Below, piece after piece: positions 18,642 to 28,909 of a DNA stretch of 64,000 bases. Source of the stretch: a virus (Duplodnaviria; Caudoviricetes); the IMG/VR virus record IMGVR_UViG_3300030100_000603, positions 13,132 to 77,131 of that record; one strand, written 5' to 3'. Each line of letters begins with the position of its first letter. Positions within the stretch are counted from its first letter, which is position 1. The translations under genes were made by a program, and so were the position numbers. The notes beneath the pieces were generated by a model. That model did not search any database. It saw only the letters and a list, made by a program, of their open reading frames with translations, and was not told where the DNA came from.

Positions 18642-20864
18642 TTACTTTTCAGTTACGGGATCACTTGCACTAGCAGGACGAATAAGTTGTTCGTTGATTA
18701 CCCGAATAACTTCATCCGAAATTTCAGTAGCATTGTTTCCAGTAATATTGAAAGTTGCTGTAAAGTTGTTCTGAGTCGGTGCCCTGTTCAACCAAGAATC
18801 GAAATGGTTAAACCCTCGTTTCGTACTTTCAATTGGTTGAATATCAGGTTTCTCAGCACCAGTCAACATATCCCAACCTTTCGCTAAATCACCCGGAATA
18901 CGTGAAAGTTTATCCATGAATGATGGTTCATCACCACCCAAGTTCATGTCTTTCATTCGTTGACCAACACCGATACCAGTATCAACCATGGGGTTATTGA
19001 TCGCATCAGTTACCAACGCACCAACAGCGAAACCAGCGAGTGCAGTAGAACCCACTGCCAATCCAGCGCCAGCGAGTGCGCCAGAGGTTAGGCCAGTCCT
19101 AGCTGCACCACCACCAGCAGCAGCGGCTCCACCGGCAGCACCACCAGCCGCGACACCACCTTTGATGAGGTTCTTTATGCCACGCAGTCTGGTCAGAACC
19201 GTTAAGAGTACAGCAGCAGCACTACCAAGGGTGATAACCCATTCTTCCCAAGACAGGTTTCCTTCCTCAAGGTATTTGGTAACACCAGAAATCAGGGCAG
19301 GAAGAGCAACAAAGAAGACAAGGAGTTTACGACCCCATTTCCACAAGGAAGCGAAAAGACCAACCCAGAGTTGTAACTTTTCAATATTTCCTTCTGATTC
19401 ATCAACGAACTCACTTACCTTTCGTCCCATGAAACCAAGTGCTTCACCCAATGCACGCAGAGGATAGATCAAGACTTGAGAACTATCACCGAGGAATTTA
19501 AACAACCCTTCGGACGTTTTGAAGAATTCACTGAATACATTAATCAGAATCCTGATATTACGATCAAAACCCGATTCATTGAATACAGCGTTTGCCTTAT
19601 AGAGATTAGTACGGAAACGACCAATTGCCGCACCAGTAGAGTTTACAGCAGCTTCGAGCGCACCACCGGCTTCGGCTGTCTTCAGAAGTTCAGCGGCAAA
19701 TACCGGAAGGAATTCTTCTGATGCAAGCTTACCCTCTTCCATTGCTTTAAACAGTGATTGGGTAGTTGCATCCTGAGTGATACCAAGTTGATGAGCAGCA
19801 CGAGCAGCAGCCTGCATACTACCGGGCAGACGTTCACCAAGCTGGTTCTTCAATTCCTCAGCCATCACGGTGCCCTTGTTCATAATCTGCGTTACAGCAG
19901 TGAACACACCTTGAGTATCAGCAGCGGAGAGGTTAAGTACCCTCGCCTGAGCAGAAACACCTTCAAAGATATCCCTTACACCCTGACCTTCAACTGAAGT
20001 ACCTTTGGCAGCAGCAGCAAGACCAGTAAAGGATTTACCAAGATCACCAACAAATACACCCATCCGATCAGACAGGTTCATCAGGTATTCCATTTCCTTA
20101 CCGGCTTGTTCAACACTCCCTGTAGCAGCCGTTAAACCCTGCTCCATGGCGATGAAGCTCTGGTAAGCCATTACCGATTGAGCAGCAGCGAAACCACCAG
20201 CCAGAGCACCAAGACCAACGTCAGAGTGAAGGGCAGAGATGATACCGTGAGTACCCTTCTGTCTTGGATCAGCACCACCCGCATACGGACCAGTTCTAGC
20301 CTGTCCTGTTCTACCAGCACCAGCAGTTGCGGTCTGCGCGGACTGAATGCGTCGATATTCACGGTAAATACCTTCAAGAATCCGTCTGCGTTCTTCAAGG
20401 GTGATGTTACCTGCCCTGTATTGCCTATTCACGTAAGAAGCGTTTGTACGCAATTCTTTCAACTGGAAGTTGCGCTTATCAAACATCTTCTCAACACGAA
20501 GAAGTTGTTGCTTATTCTTATTATATGCGGCTGTTTCAATCTTGCTGATTTGTTGTGTTACACGCTTCCTTGCTTCACCATATTCTTCAGCGGAAATCCT
20601 ATTCTGAAACATTGCCCCATCAAGACGCCTCAAATCCTTTCTCATCTGCTCAAGTGAAGGTCTTACCTTTGAGTAGTTGGATTTGATTTCCTTAAATAAT
20701 GCGCTCTGCTTCTTTCTGGTCCTGTCAGTAGCACCAGAGATACCTTCCTTAGAATCAATCTTTTTCTTTACAGATTTAAGATCATTCTCGAATGCCTTCA
20801 ACCCGGTTCTATCAACTTTAAAACCGAGGGATGCAAACAATTTTGCAATTGGACTTTCTGCCAT
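18642..20864 (-). CDS. Tail tape measure protein
   Basis: LFASLGFKVD N-terminus; Q..NKGTVMAEELKNQLGERLPG motif; long helical Ala/Gly-rich sequence. Confidence 0.9.
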   Translation of the reverse strand: MAESPIAKLFASLGFKVDRTGLKAFENDLKSVKKKIDSKEGISGATDRTRKKQSALFKEIKSNYSKVRPSLEQMRKDLRRLDGAMFQNRISAEEYGEARKRVTQQISKIETAAYNKNKQQLLRVEKMFDKRNFQLKELRTNASYVNRQYRAGNITLEERRRILEGIYREYRRIQSAQTATAGAGRTGQARTGPYAGGADPRQKGTHGIISALHSDVGLGALAGGFAAAQSVMAYQSFIAMEQGLTAATGSVEQAGKEMEYLMNLSDRMGVFVGDLGKSFTGLAAAAKGTSVEGQGVRDIFEGVSAQARVLNLSAADTQGVFTAVTQIMNKGTVMAEELKNQLGERLPGSMQAAARAAHQLGITQDATTQSLFKAMEEGKLASEEFLPVFAAELLKTAEAGGALEAAVNSTGAAIGRFRTNLYKANAVFNESGFDRNIRILINVFSEFFKTSEGLFKFLGDSSQVLIYPLRALGEALGFMGRKVSEFVDESEGNIEKLQLWVGLFASLWKWGRKLLVFFVALPALISGVTKYLEEGNLSWEEWVITLGSAAAVLLTVLTRLRGIKNLIKGGVAAGGAAGGAAAAGGGAARTGLTSGALAGAGLAVGSTALAGFAVGALVTDAINNPMVDTGIGVGQRMKDMNLGGDEPSFMDKLSRIPGDLAKGWDMLTGAEKPDIQPIESTKRGFNHFDSWLNRAPTQNNFTATFNITGNNATEISDEVIRVINEQLIRPASASDPVTEK

Positions 20865-20869
20865 AATTA

Positions 20870-21173
20870 TTACCTACCATTTAGTTTGTTTTGCTGTTCG
20901 GCATCCTTATGTGCAGCAGATTCTAGGTCTGTTTCAATATCAATAATCTCTATTAGATCGTAAGCATCTTCAACCGAATAATCACGATCTAACTCAATCA
21001 AAGATGCCTTACCCTTTGAAACAATCAGGTATATCTCTGGTTCTATCTGCGAATTCTCTTCGTAATTTCTCCAAACATTCATTGAATGCCGTTGAGCATT
21101 CTGAGAGGAACTATTACCCTCCCCGGCAGATTCGTTTACTTGTCCTCGTCTGTACCGGGGAGTTCGGAAAAAA
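20870..21173 (-). CDS. Tail assembly chaperone, -1 frameshift extension (GT-like)
   Basis: The -1 frame is open from the T6 run (21168-21173) through the 70-aa ORF ending at 20870, just before the tape measure gene. Confidence 0.65.
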
Positions 21174-21507
21174 TGTCTGCGAAGTTGAATTCAATGATTT
21201 CCCAGAGAAGCCGAAACAGTGTGCTGTAGTTTCTACTAAAATACTTATCGTAATCTACAGCATATTTATTTACAGTAGTTTCAGAAAGAAGTTCTTCAAT
21301 AGTTTTATCGTCTAGTTCATCCAGATTTTCCGCTACAACAGACAAAACATCAGCGAATGTTACATTCTCTTGACCACTGTACATTGTCCCGAGAGCAGGA
21401 AGAACGATTTTAGCAACTTTCTTGCCAAGTTTAATCCCCTTCCTGGCACCAAACGAAGTAATGATAAAAGTATCGCCGTTGATCTCTACAGTCTTCTGTT
21501 CACGCAT
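21136..21507 (-). CDS. Tail assembly chaperone (G-like)
   Basis: MREQKTVEINGDTF...GIKLG...LFRLLWEIIEFNF; lies between tube and tape measure genes. Confidence 0.78.
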   Translation of the reverse strand: MREQKTVEINGDTFIITSFGARKGIKLGKKVAKIVLPALGTMYSGQENVTFADVLSVVAENLDELDDKTIEELLSETTVNKYAVDYDKYFSRNYSTLFRLLWEIIEFNFADIFSELPGTDEDK

Positions 21508-21519
21508 ATTACACCCCAC

Positions 21520-22233
21520 TTATTTTAAAAATTTTCCGTATAGATTGATCTTGGAAGGGTAATCCTTCAAGTACTCCTCCAAAGTTTTTTCTAATTTATC
21601 CCTATTATCTTCTTTGTACATAGGGATAAGATTTCCCAAAGAATTAATTTCTCTAACACTTGTTATTCCAAACTCTTCCATTCTAGAGATTGGTGTTGCA
21701 TGGTCAATTTCCCAAACTTCTCCGTAGTTATCCCACGACATTCCATCTAAAAAATTATCCTCCAAGTGTTCTCTAAGCATATCTCGATCATACCCAAGTA
21801 ACTCACAGGTGGGACTATTTTTACTTACACCTAACTCATTCAACGCCCTTCTGAGCATTGACCTGCTAATACGCCTGATTCGATAATTTACATCGTGATT
21901 GTAACGATGTTTGTAGATTTCTCTGGCACGTTTCCTTTTTTGTGGTTTGTAGCTCTCCACCTTGTCCCGATTATTTTCACGCCACTTCTTAAAATAGTCA
22001 GGATTCCTCTCTCTCCATTCTTTCCTAATTTTAAGCATTGAGTCTCTGTTTCTCTGATAATACTCGGCCCGGCTTTCTTTAGAATAATTATTTTCACAGA
22101 CCGAGCACTTACCAGTTGTTGTTCTCCTTTTAGCGATGTGACCATGTTTACATGATACTCCCGTGTAATACCATTTCGAGTTCACGGCTTTCGCCTCTTT
22201 GCGGGAATTAGGCAGATTGTCATATTGTTCCAT
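21520..22233 (-). mobile_element. Free-standing HNH endonuclease
   Basis: YTGVSCKHGH..KRRT..G.C..C; LEDNFLDGMSWDNYG..WEIDHATP; own promoter. Confidence 0.82.
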
Positions 22234-22260
22234 TCCGTTCTCCTTTTGATGTGGAATTCC

Positions 22261-22290
22261 ATCTTACCACAAAACAATGAAACAAGTCAA
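22261..22290 (-). promoter_or_regulatory. sigma70-like promoter for the HNH gene
   Basis: TTGACT-N18-TAAGAT, followed by the AAGGAG RBS. Confidence 0.6.
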
Positions 22291-22296
22291 GTATGA

Positions 22297-22767
22297 TTAA
22301 AAAATATTTAGATTATCCAGAATGTCAAAGGGACTTCTTTCGTTACCACCAACTTCATATGTTGTAATGAATTCAAAGTTGATAGTCCATTCCCGAGGTG
22401 TTGTCGATGCAGCACCGTAGGAAAGATTTGGTGTGGACGCAAGATAAGCATTACCAAATTGAAGAGAAGTCTGACCTCCAACATCACGAATAGTCAGAAG
22501 AAGATGACCCGTCTGATTAACGTCATCCTGATATGCAAGTTCACTCAAAAGATCATTCTGATTGGATGTTTGCATCAGGGAGAATGTAACACTACCAGAA
22601 CGATCCCTTGTTCTAACCCGAGTATGTTTACCCCTAATTCCTCTCACCTGCATGAAGTTGGGACTGTTCTTATTGATATTTATAAATGTCCCATTCGCAA
22701 AATCAGTAATGAGATAATCATTGATACTGAATACAATATCTTTAGGGGAGAATGTTGCTAGTTTCAT
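22297..22767 (-). CDS. Tail tube-like paralog 3
   Basis: TFSPKDI.FSIND..ITDFANGTFI, like the two upstream genes (DUF3277-like). Confidence 0.7.
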   Translation of the reverse strand: MKLATFSPKDIVFSINDYLITDFANGTFININKNSPNFMQVRGIRGKHTRVRTRDRSGSVTFSLMQTSNQNDLLSELAYQDDVNQTGHLLLTIRDVGGQTSLQFGNAYLASTPNLSYGAASTTPREWTINFEFITTYEVGGNERSPFDILDNLNIF

Positions 22768-22768
22768 A

Positions 22769-23278
22769 TTAGATCACCCCAAGATTATTTCCGAATTGAG
22801 AAAGGAGAGAGGCAAGCTGTGCAATCTGAACTTCACCTTCAGATGTACCCACACCGTTACCACCGATACCGAAGACCATTTCAGTACATTTTATTGACCA
22901 AGTTCGGTCTTGGTGGGTATTGGAGTAGGAAGCACTAGGGGGAGATTCAATCCAACAGGAGGCAGCAAAAAAGATTGAGTTTCCTGATGAATCTTTGACG
23001 AATACCGGGAAGGCTGCTGATCGTGTCACATCATCAATCGCAGAAAGGGCATTCAGAACAGTATTGGAAGGACTAGTTTGTGAAAGAGTGATTTCCAACG
23101 TGTAAGTTGCATCAGAGATGTGTGTTCGTTCAACACCACCCGTAGCACCCTTTTGCGTGGAATATAGCGCAGCATCTTTTGTTATACTTACGATTGACCC
23201 AGGTGAGAAACCTGCAATCTCATAAAGAGAAGCAATAGACACTGTTACTTCAGAGGGTGCATATGTCTGAGGTAACAT
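22769..23278 (-). CDS. Tail tube-like paralog 2
   Basis: TYAPSEV.VSI....IAGF..GS; ITLSQTSPSN.VL. Confidence 0.7.
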   Translation of the reverse strand: MLPQTYAPSEVTVSIASLYEIAGFSPGSIVSITKDAALYSTQKGATGGVERTHISDATYTLEITLSQTSPSNTVLNALSAIDDVTRSAAFPVFVKDSSGNSIFFAASCWIESPPSASYSNTHQDRTWSIKCTEMVFGIGGNGVGTSEGEVQIAQLASLLSQFGNNLGVI

Positions 23279-23297
23279 TAGCGTAACCTCCTTTGTT

Positions 23298-23325
23298 CAA
23301 AAGTAAGGGCGGCGTTGCACCGCCC
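23298..23325 (-). terminator. Rho-independent terminator after the major tube gene
   Basis: GGGCGG-N7-CCGCCC followed by TTACTTTT on the minus strand. Confidence 0.7.
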
Positions 23326-23342
23326 AAACATATCAGCCGATG

Positions 23343-23861
23343 TTACTGAGGCTGCCATTGTGCATCAATATTCCCACCAAGAGCTTCATAATTGCTCGCC
23401 TCATCAGGAGTGAATCTGCTATTGCCCCCGATTACATATTGCGGCTTCGGAAGATGAATAGCCCATTCACGACCTTCCAGAGTACCACCACCAGAGAAAC
23501 TAACAGTAGGTTCTGTACCGATATAAGCGCAACGCTCACTCAGAAGAGTAGTACCGGAAGAATCTTTGACGAGAATATTGAAAGTACCATCAAACGTCTG
23601 ACGATCAAGTTGAAGTAGACGATGAAGGATATCATTGGAATGAGAGGTTTGAGAAAGGGAAACAGTCATATTGAACGCACTAACAGGGTTCATCACACGG
23701 TAGGCTTCACCACGAGCACCATAAGACGGGGTAACTCGCTCAGCGAACGGTTCAATAGAAACAAATGTCCCTTCAACAAAGCCGGTGAGCACATGAGTCA
23801 TTTCATCATTGGAAATGATAACGTCAAGTGCATCAGGCGAAAAAGTACCAACGCAAGACAT
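23343..23861 (-). CDS. Major tail tube protein
   Basis: TFSPDALDVII....LTGFVEGTF, GARGEAYR, LSQTSHSNDIL; directly after the sheath gene and followed by a terminator. Confidence 0.8.
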   Translation of the reverse strand: MSCVGTFSPDALDVIISNDEMTHVLTGFVEGTFVSIEPFAERVTPSYGARGEAYRVMNPVSAFNMTVSLSQTSHSNDILHRLLQLDRQTFDGTFNILVKDSSGTTLLSERCAYIGTEPTVSFSGGGTLEGREWAIHLPKPQYVIGGNSRFTPDEASNYEALGGNIDAQWQPQ

Positions 23862-23927
23862 AATGTTTAACTCCTAAATATTTGGAAGAGAGGTTTGGTG
23901 GCCCAATCAAGGACCACCTTATCTGGT

Positions 23928-25235
23928 TTAAATAGTGACGCGACCTTGAATACCAACAAAGTGTACAGCGCCAGCAAGAACACCAGTAAACTGAAACCCT
24001 TCTGCCACACGATTAGCACGCAGGTTAGGATCAAGAGTACGCGGGTTCGGGACAGTAACAGTAAAGCTGTCAAGACCACCAACAGCAACACCTTCCTGAA
24101 GAACTTCACGCATCCGAGATTCAATAATTGCGAAACCAGCAGCAGTATAAGGAATCTTCTCAGCGTTAAACAGGGTCAGAGCAATACGCTCACGCATCCG
24201 AGCCTCAACCCAATCTGCGAAACGAATCACATCAAGGAATTCAGCATTAGTCATGCGACCTTCACGCAGGATATTCCGACCACCAACACGCTCGTAAGTG
24301 TTGTAACCTTTACCGTAATCAAACTGAGTACCTTTCAGGGTAAGAGACTGAGTGGTAGACAGGTTTGAAACAGTAACGCCAGAAACAGTCTTGAACTTCC
24401 AAGTAGTGCTACCGGGGTCTTTCGGTGCCTGAAGACCAACAAATGCAGCTTCAGGATATTCGGTCGGGTCTTCAGCGTAGATAACCATTGTACGAGCAGC
24501 ATCTTTCGCTTGCAGAACACTACCGATATCACCAGTCTCTTGAGCGTCCAGAGCATCACTACCATTATAGGAAGTAATGTACACACGATTCTCAGCTTCG
24601 ACCACATCAGACAATGCTTCAATGTCAGAAGCGGAGTGAGAATACATGGTCACAAAGTAGAAGTCATCATCGGCATCTTTGATGTTGCCATAAGAATCAA
24701 CGATAGATTCAGTATTCTCAGTATCAGTGATTTCAGCACTGTTAGAATAAGTGAAGTCATTCGGGTCTTGGGGAATAACTTGGAAAGTACCATCACTGTT
24801 ATCAATAAAAGTACCGGCTGCACCAGCATTGGTAAACTCTGCTTCCAGAAGATCAACGATGGACTGAGCAGTAGCACCAGTACCAGAAGTAACGGAAACC
24901 AGAGTATCATCAATGGTGATGCTGTAGACTGTAGAATCAATTACTGTACCGATTTCAAAATCAACAGAGGAAGTACCAGTCTTATGATTACCGATCTTCA
25001 TGAAAGTCGGTGAAATCTGTTGACCGAATACACGCAAGGCTGCGATATATTCAGGGTCGGTATCAGAGAAGTCTTCCAGAACGGCATCAGCACTAGTATA
25101 AGTACGGACATATTCGTTGTCAGAGAAGACACCAGTGGTACTACCAATAAAGAGGGGAGTACCGAAACCTTGACGAGTAACACCGCGAGTTTCACGCGAA
25201 ATGTTAATCTCGATAATTTCTTTAAGGTCTGCCAT
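23928..25235 (-). CDS. Tail sheath protein (DUF3383-like)
   Basis: RQGFGTPLFIG, V.EDFSDTDPEYIAA...F.Q, PGSTTWKFKTVSGV, FLDVIRFADWVEARM, GAVHFV.I.G. Confidence 0.92.
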   Translation of the reverse strand: MADLKEIIEINISRETRGVTRQGFGTPLFIGSTTGVFSDNEYVRTYTSADAVLEDFSDTDPEYIAALRVFGQQISPTFMKIGNHKTGTSSVDFEIGTVIDSTVYSITIDDTLVSVTSGTGATAQSIVDLLEAEFTNAGAAGTFIDNSDGTFQVIPQDPNDFTYSNSAEITDTENTESIVDSYGNIKDADDDFYFVTMYSHSASDIEALSDVVEAENRVYITSYNGSDALDAQETGDIGSVLQAKDAARTMVIYAEDPTEYPEAAFVGLQAPKDPGSTTWKFKTVSGVTVSNLSTTQSLTLKGTQFDYGKGYNTYERVGGRNILREGRMTNAEFLDVIRFADWVEARMRERIALTLFNAEKIPYTAAGFAIIESRMREVLQEGVAVGGLDSFTVTVPNPRTLDPNLRANRVAEGFQFTGVLAGAVHFVGIQGRVTI

Positions 25236-25265
25236 GTATTTGCTCCATTAGGTTAGGATTTGGGT

Positions 25266-25811
25266 TTAAGGAGAATAATCACTTGCTGAAACTGTTTCAT
25301 CTTCTGTAAGGATAACATTGCCATCGAGGTCAACATATTCACCCTCATAAGAAACAGTATCAAACCAGTCAACATCACGGACGAATTCATATCCGACCAG
25401 CATGTTAATGTCAAAAGAAGCCTTTTGGATATAACCAGTATCCCTTAGTTCAGGCAACCTTCGAACATTTGTAATATCAAGAATACTGATACAATTAAAT
25501 GTATAAAGTTCTTCTTGGGTTGATTTTAGTTGTAATACTGATTGTGCTTCAAAAGCATTATCATAACAACTATCACCATAGAAACGCAGGGTAGCGGTTA
25601 TGTAATAATCTTGCTGGATTCGTTCTTTGAAATCCGCACCTGACTTGTAACTATTGTACTTGTTTCGATTAACCTTGTTGAATGTCAATAGACCAAATAC
25701 GCCATAATCACCAGTTGGTTCAGGACCACCTTGATGCTCTAGAATGACTGGAATGTTGAAGTAATCATTCATTGTGACCAGGATGGCATCTTCAATGTTC
25801 TGTAGAAACAT
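25266..25811 (-). CDS. Tail terminator / neck protein
   Basis: Position directly upstream of the sheath gene; EPTGDYG...LRFYG pattern. Confidence 0.65.
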   Translation of the reverse strand: MFLQNIEDAILVTMNDYFNIPVILEHQGGPEPTGDYGVFGLLTFNKVNRNKYNSYKSGADFKERIQQDYYITATLRFYGDSCYDNAFEAQSVLQLKSTQEELYTFNCISILDITNVRRLPELRDTGYIQKASFDINMLVGYEFVRDVDWFDTVSYEGEYVDLDGNVILTEDETVSASDYSP

Positions 25812-26581
25812 TAGCTAGTACCTCCTGCACCCTGCTCTTCTCGAACAATTCCAGAAAGAGATCGTTGAATAAAACCTTGACTTAAACCTAGAATCTTAGC
25901 AACTTGCCTTTTTGAAAAACTACTATTTAGATACAGGTTTAATGCTTCTGTTCTTTTCTCATTAATAAGACCTGATTTATCATTCAGGTGAGGGCAGACA
26001 TAATCAAAAATCCCATTCCCATGAAGAATCCATTGTCGAATTGTCCCAGAATGAAAAGTTGAGAATTCTCCCATTTCTGAAATTTGAACACTATCAAGCC
26101 CCCGATAATGATAAAGCAACTTCGCCTGCTTCACTAACTCTGGATCAGCCCAACCGTGTTCGTCTGTCATGCGTGAGCGATACTGGTTTACCCTTTCTCC
26201 ACTCCAAACATCACGAATGCTAACTGATTCTCCATTTTCAATTTTGAAATTAGTAAGAGTTCCACCATCACATTTTCTACCATGAAGATGAATCAAACGT
26301 AGTTCTTCTTCTAAACAATCTTGTTCTGAAGTCGTAGTGTACTCAATACTAACAGAAATCTTGTCACCAGAATGCAGAATCTTATTTATTTTATAAAACT
26401 TATAAGGGTTACTTTTTCTGCTGGACTCTTCACAATGGTCATAGAAATGATGACGCCACCTGTCACCCTTACCTTTCCCCACATAAAATGGAACACCATT
26501 ATGAGAAAGAACATAAACATAGTAAAGACCCCGCAAGTCTTTATCTGAGAAATTCTTTTCAACTTTATCTTCTACACTCAT
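25811..26581 (-). mobile_element. GIY-YIG (LEM-3-like) endonuclease inserted at the 3' end of the head-closure gene
   Basis: YYVYVL....PFYVGKGKGDRW, E..LI..HGR...GGTLTN, C-terminal HTH-like segments; ends in a duplicate of the upstream gene's last 11 aa. Confidence 0.85.
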
Positions 26582-26964
26582 GATGTTCCCCCAGCGCCTT
26601 GTTCCTCTCTGACGCAGATATACTCATTGTGGTTGAGAGGACCCATATGGTAGGATTTCTTACGATGAACCTCGAACAAGAAACCATCAATCAATACCTT
26701 GTCTGGTGTCCGGTCAGTGTATTCTTGAAGTGTAATCAGTTCAGCATTTGACAGAAACAACCTCACATCTTTTGATCGGAATGCTTCATCCAACATGACA
26801 ATTTCATCAGCGCCAGAAGGTTGATCGTGTCCGATGACTTCGAAGGCAGGTTCTTCTGCACCTTCTACCCAACGACCATTCACATAACTACCAGCCGTAA
26901 CCCTGGTGACTGTATACTTTCTTCGCCCCACAAGAGCAAGGGGCATATTTGAGATTCGAGCCAT
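26578..26964 (-). CDS. Head closure / head-tail joining protein
   Basis: VTRVTAGSYVNGRWVEG pattern; position in the neck cluster. Confidence 0.7.
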   Translation of the reverse strand: MARISNMPLALVGRRKYTVTRVTAGSYVNGRWVEGAEEPAFEVIGHDQPSGADEIVMLDEAFRSKDVRLFLSNAELITLQEYTDRTPDKVLIDGFLFEVHRKKSYHMGPLNHNEYICVREEQGAGGTS

Positions 26965-26977
26965 TTACACCCCTCCC

Positions 26978-27442
26978 TTATGTGATTTGATATTCAACAT
27001 TCTGTACAAGTTCACCAGTCCAGACATAAGGCATAGCATGACCTTTGATTGCCTTCGTCACCTTCGAGTTCTGTCTATTCATCGAACCATCCGAGAACCA
27101 GCTAACCATCGTATCAGTATACAATGCTTTAAGGTATTCACCGGACGCTTTATGAACATTGTAAGGATTACCCATGCCGTACACTAGACGCTGCATTTCA
27201 TCCTTAATTTCATACTCAAATGCTTTGTGTGAAGTAATCAATCCAGCAATCATATCACGGAATGCTGGTCTTGGGGGAATCTTGTCAGTACCATCCTCAA
27301 GCATCCAAGCAAGTTCAGCGTAAGACATTTCAGCAGTAGAATGTTCACCACTAAGGAAACCCCACTCAACATGTTTGGATTCCAGCTTGGTCAAATCCTT
27401 TTCAAGATCACGCAGACCGCTTAAATCCAATACAGCTTTCAT
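26978..27442 (-). CDS. Neck / tail-completion protein
   Basis: VEWGF...AELAWMLEDGT..IPPRPAF motif. Confidence 0.7.
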   Translation of the reverse strand: MKAVLDLSGLRDLEKDLTKLESKHVEWGFLSGEHSTAEMSYAELAWMLEDGTDKIPPRPAFRDMIAGLITSHKAFEYEIKDEMQRLVYGMGNPYNVHKASGEYLKALYTDTMVSWFSDGSMNRQNSKVTKAIKGHAMPYVWTGELVQNVEYQIT

Positions 27443-27897
27443 AGGTCACTTTCCCAGTTACCAAAGAATCCATCATTACTGTCAGGAAATACACGACCAT
27501 GACGGAAGTGATATTGGTCAATACTGTCATCTTTCCGGTTGCGATCAATGTCACCTTTATCTACACCACCGAAATAAGGTTTAGCCGGAGAGTTACGACG
27601 AATCTCATTCTCAAGTTCACCGATGGCAAGTTTCAGTGATTCAGCAGAAGGACCATAGACTTCAACTTGACCAGCACGTTCCCTTGAAGGACCACGAAAG
27701 ATTTCTTGAAGACGTTGACGTAGAATCTTCAATGCAACCTTGTTCAGATCATTTTCTGTAGGTGTCCCCTGAATCTGGTTGATAAAGTAGTTCAACTCTT
27801 CATCTTGGTACAAGGCATATTCTTCTACCTTGTCATTCAGTTTAAATCGGAGATATTGCAGGGGAACAGTCAAATCTCCTGTATATGTAAAACTCAT
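27439..27897 (-). CDS. Head-tail adaptor
   Basis: MSFTYTGD....LQYLRFKLND....L.QDEELNYF motif. Confidence 0.75.
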   Translation of the reverse strand: MSFTYTGDLTVPLQYLRFKLNDKVEEYALYQDEELNYFINQIQGTPTENDLNKVALKILRQRLQEIFRGPSRERAGQVEVYGPSAESLKLAIGELENEIRRNSPAKPYFGGVDKGDIDRNRKDDSIDQYHFRHGRVFPDSNDGFFGNWESDL

Positions 27898-27913
27898 TCA
27901 ATATCTCCTGTGA

Positions 27914-28906
27914 TTAAGGTGTGATAATTAATGATTCAGCAAGTGTAAGATCATCACCACGAAGATTTTCTTCAATGTAGATTGCACCATGGAATTCACC
28001 CTCAGCTTCCCATCCATCAGAATCATAACCTAACAGATAAGCACCGTTAGTAATGAATGTACCACTCAGTTGCAATCTTTGGAAAGTAATCTTGTTGTGG
28101 TTTTCCAGCACAGACCAGTTACCATCACGAGTGGTTGGTACAGCAAATACCGGAACCATGGAACCGCCGTCCTTCACTCGTAAGTCTTCGTAAGTAGCAT
28201 TCGCATTAATGGTCGTACTAGATGATCCTTCAAGTGATACGAACAGGAACGATGTATTTGCATCTTGAGCACCAAGAAGAATACTATTGTCCGTCCCTTG
28301 TTCAGTAAAACCAAGGATATATGTTGCTGTAGAACCTGTAATAGCATTAGGTGGTATATTCATGCGGGCAGTACCGCCAACAGGAAATTGCAAGTAATCC
28401 CTACCATTCACCCGCCTATAGATCGGACGACGGGAATTATCAGGTTGTGTCGCATGATTACCATTTGGTGAAATATCACGCATGAATCCTACAGGCTGGT
28501 TATCCATTGTCACAGGGATTGTGGCAGCAGCATCCTGATAAAGATTCTGTTGACCTAACACATACGGTTTCGGAATGTAGGCAAACCCTTCTGGATTCTT
28601 TCGTGTAACAACAGCAAGATCATCATAGAGTGACTTAACAAAACACATGAATGAAATGTCAGTTGCATTCTCTACAACAATCCTTGCGGTTGAACCTGGG
28701 AAAAGTTGAATACCAAACGATCCAGTAGTGGTGAATGTCAATTCTGGATAAGACACCCATTGTTCATTAGGCATCCGAACCTGAACCTTAACATTACCAC
28801 TACCGAAGTCGCCCCATACATAGAGCCTAATGGTTTCTTCTTCCGATGTGATAGGTCCAATTACATTACTTGTGACATTGGAAACATTAGACTCAGAGAT
28901 TTGCAT
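27914..28906 (-). CDS. Putative head appendage: ~90-aa small domain fused to a LamG/lectin-like domain
   Basis: N-terminus paralogous to 30109-30384 and 30406-30699; remainder paralogous to 29305-30093. Confidence 0.6.
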   Translation of the reverse strand: MQISESNVSNVTSNVIGPITSEEETIRLYVWGDFGSGNVKVQVRMPNEQWVSYPELTFTTTGSFGIQLFPGSTARIVVENATDISFMCFVKSLYDDLAVVTRKNPEGFAYIPKPYVLGQQNLYQDAAATIPVTMDNQPVGFMRDISPNGNHATQPDNSRRPIYRRVNGRDYLQFPVGGTARMNIPPNAITGSTATYILGFTEQGTDNSILLGAQDANTSFLFVSLEGSSSTTINANATYEDLRVKDGGSMVPVFAVPTTRDGNWSVLENHNKITFQRLQLSGTFITNGAYLLGYDSDGWEAEGEFHGAIYIEENLRGDDLTLAESLIITP

Positions 28907-28909
28907 GGT

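Noticed and set aside
22709-22727. GATAATCATT half Fur-like site
   Set aside because: Inside a tube-paralog coding sequence, and only about half the consensus matches.
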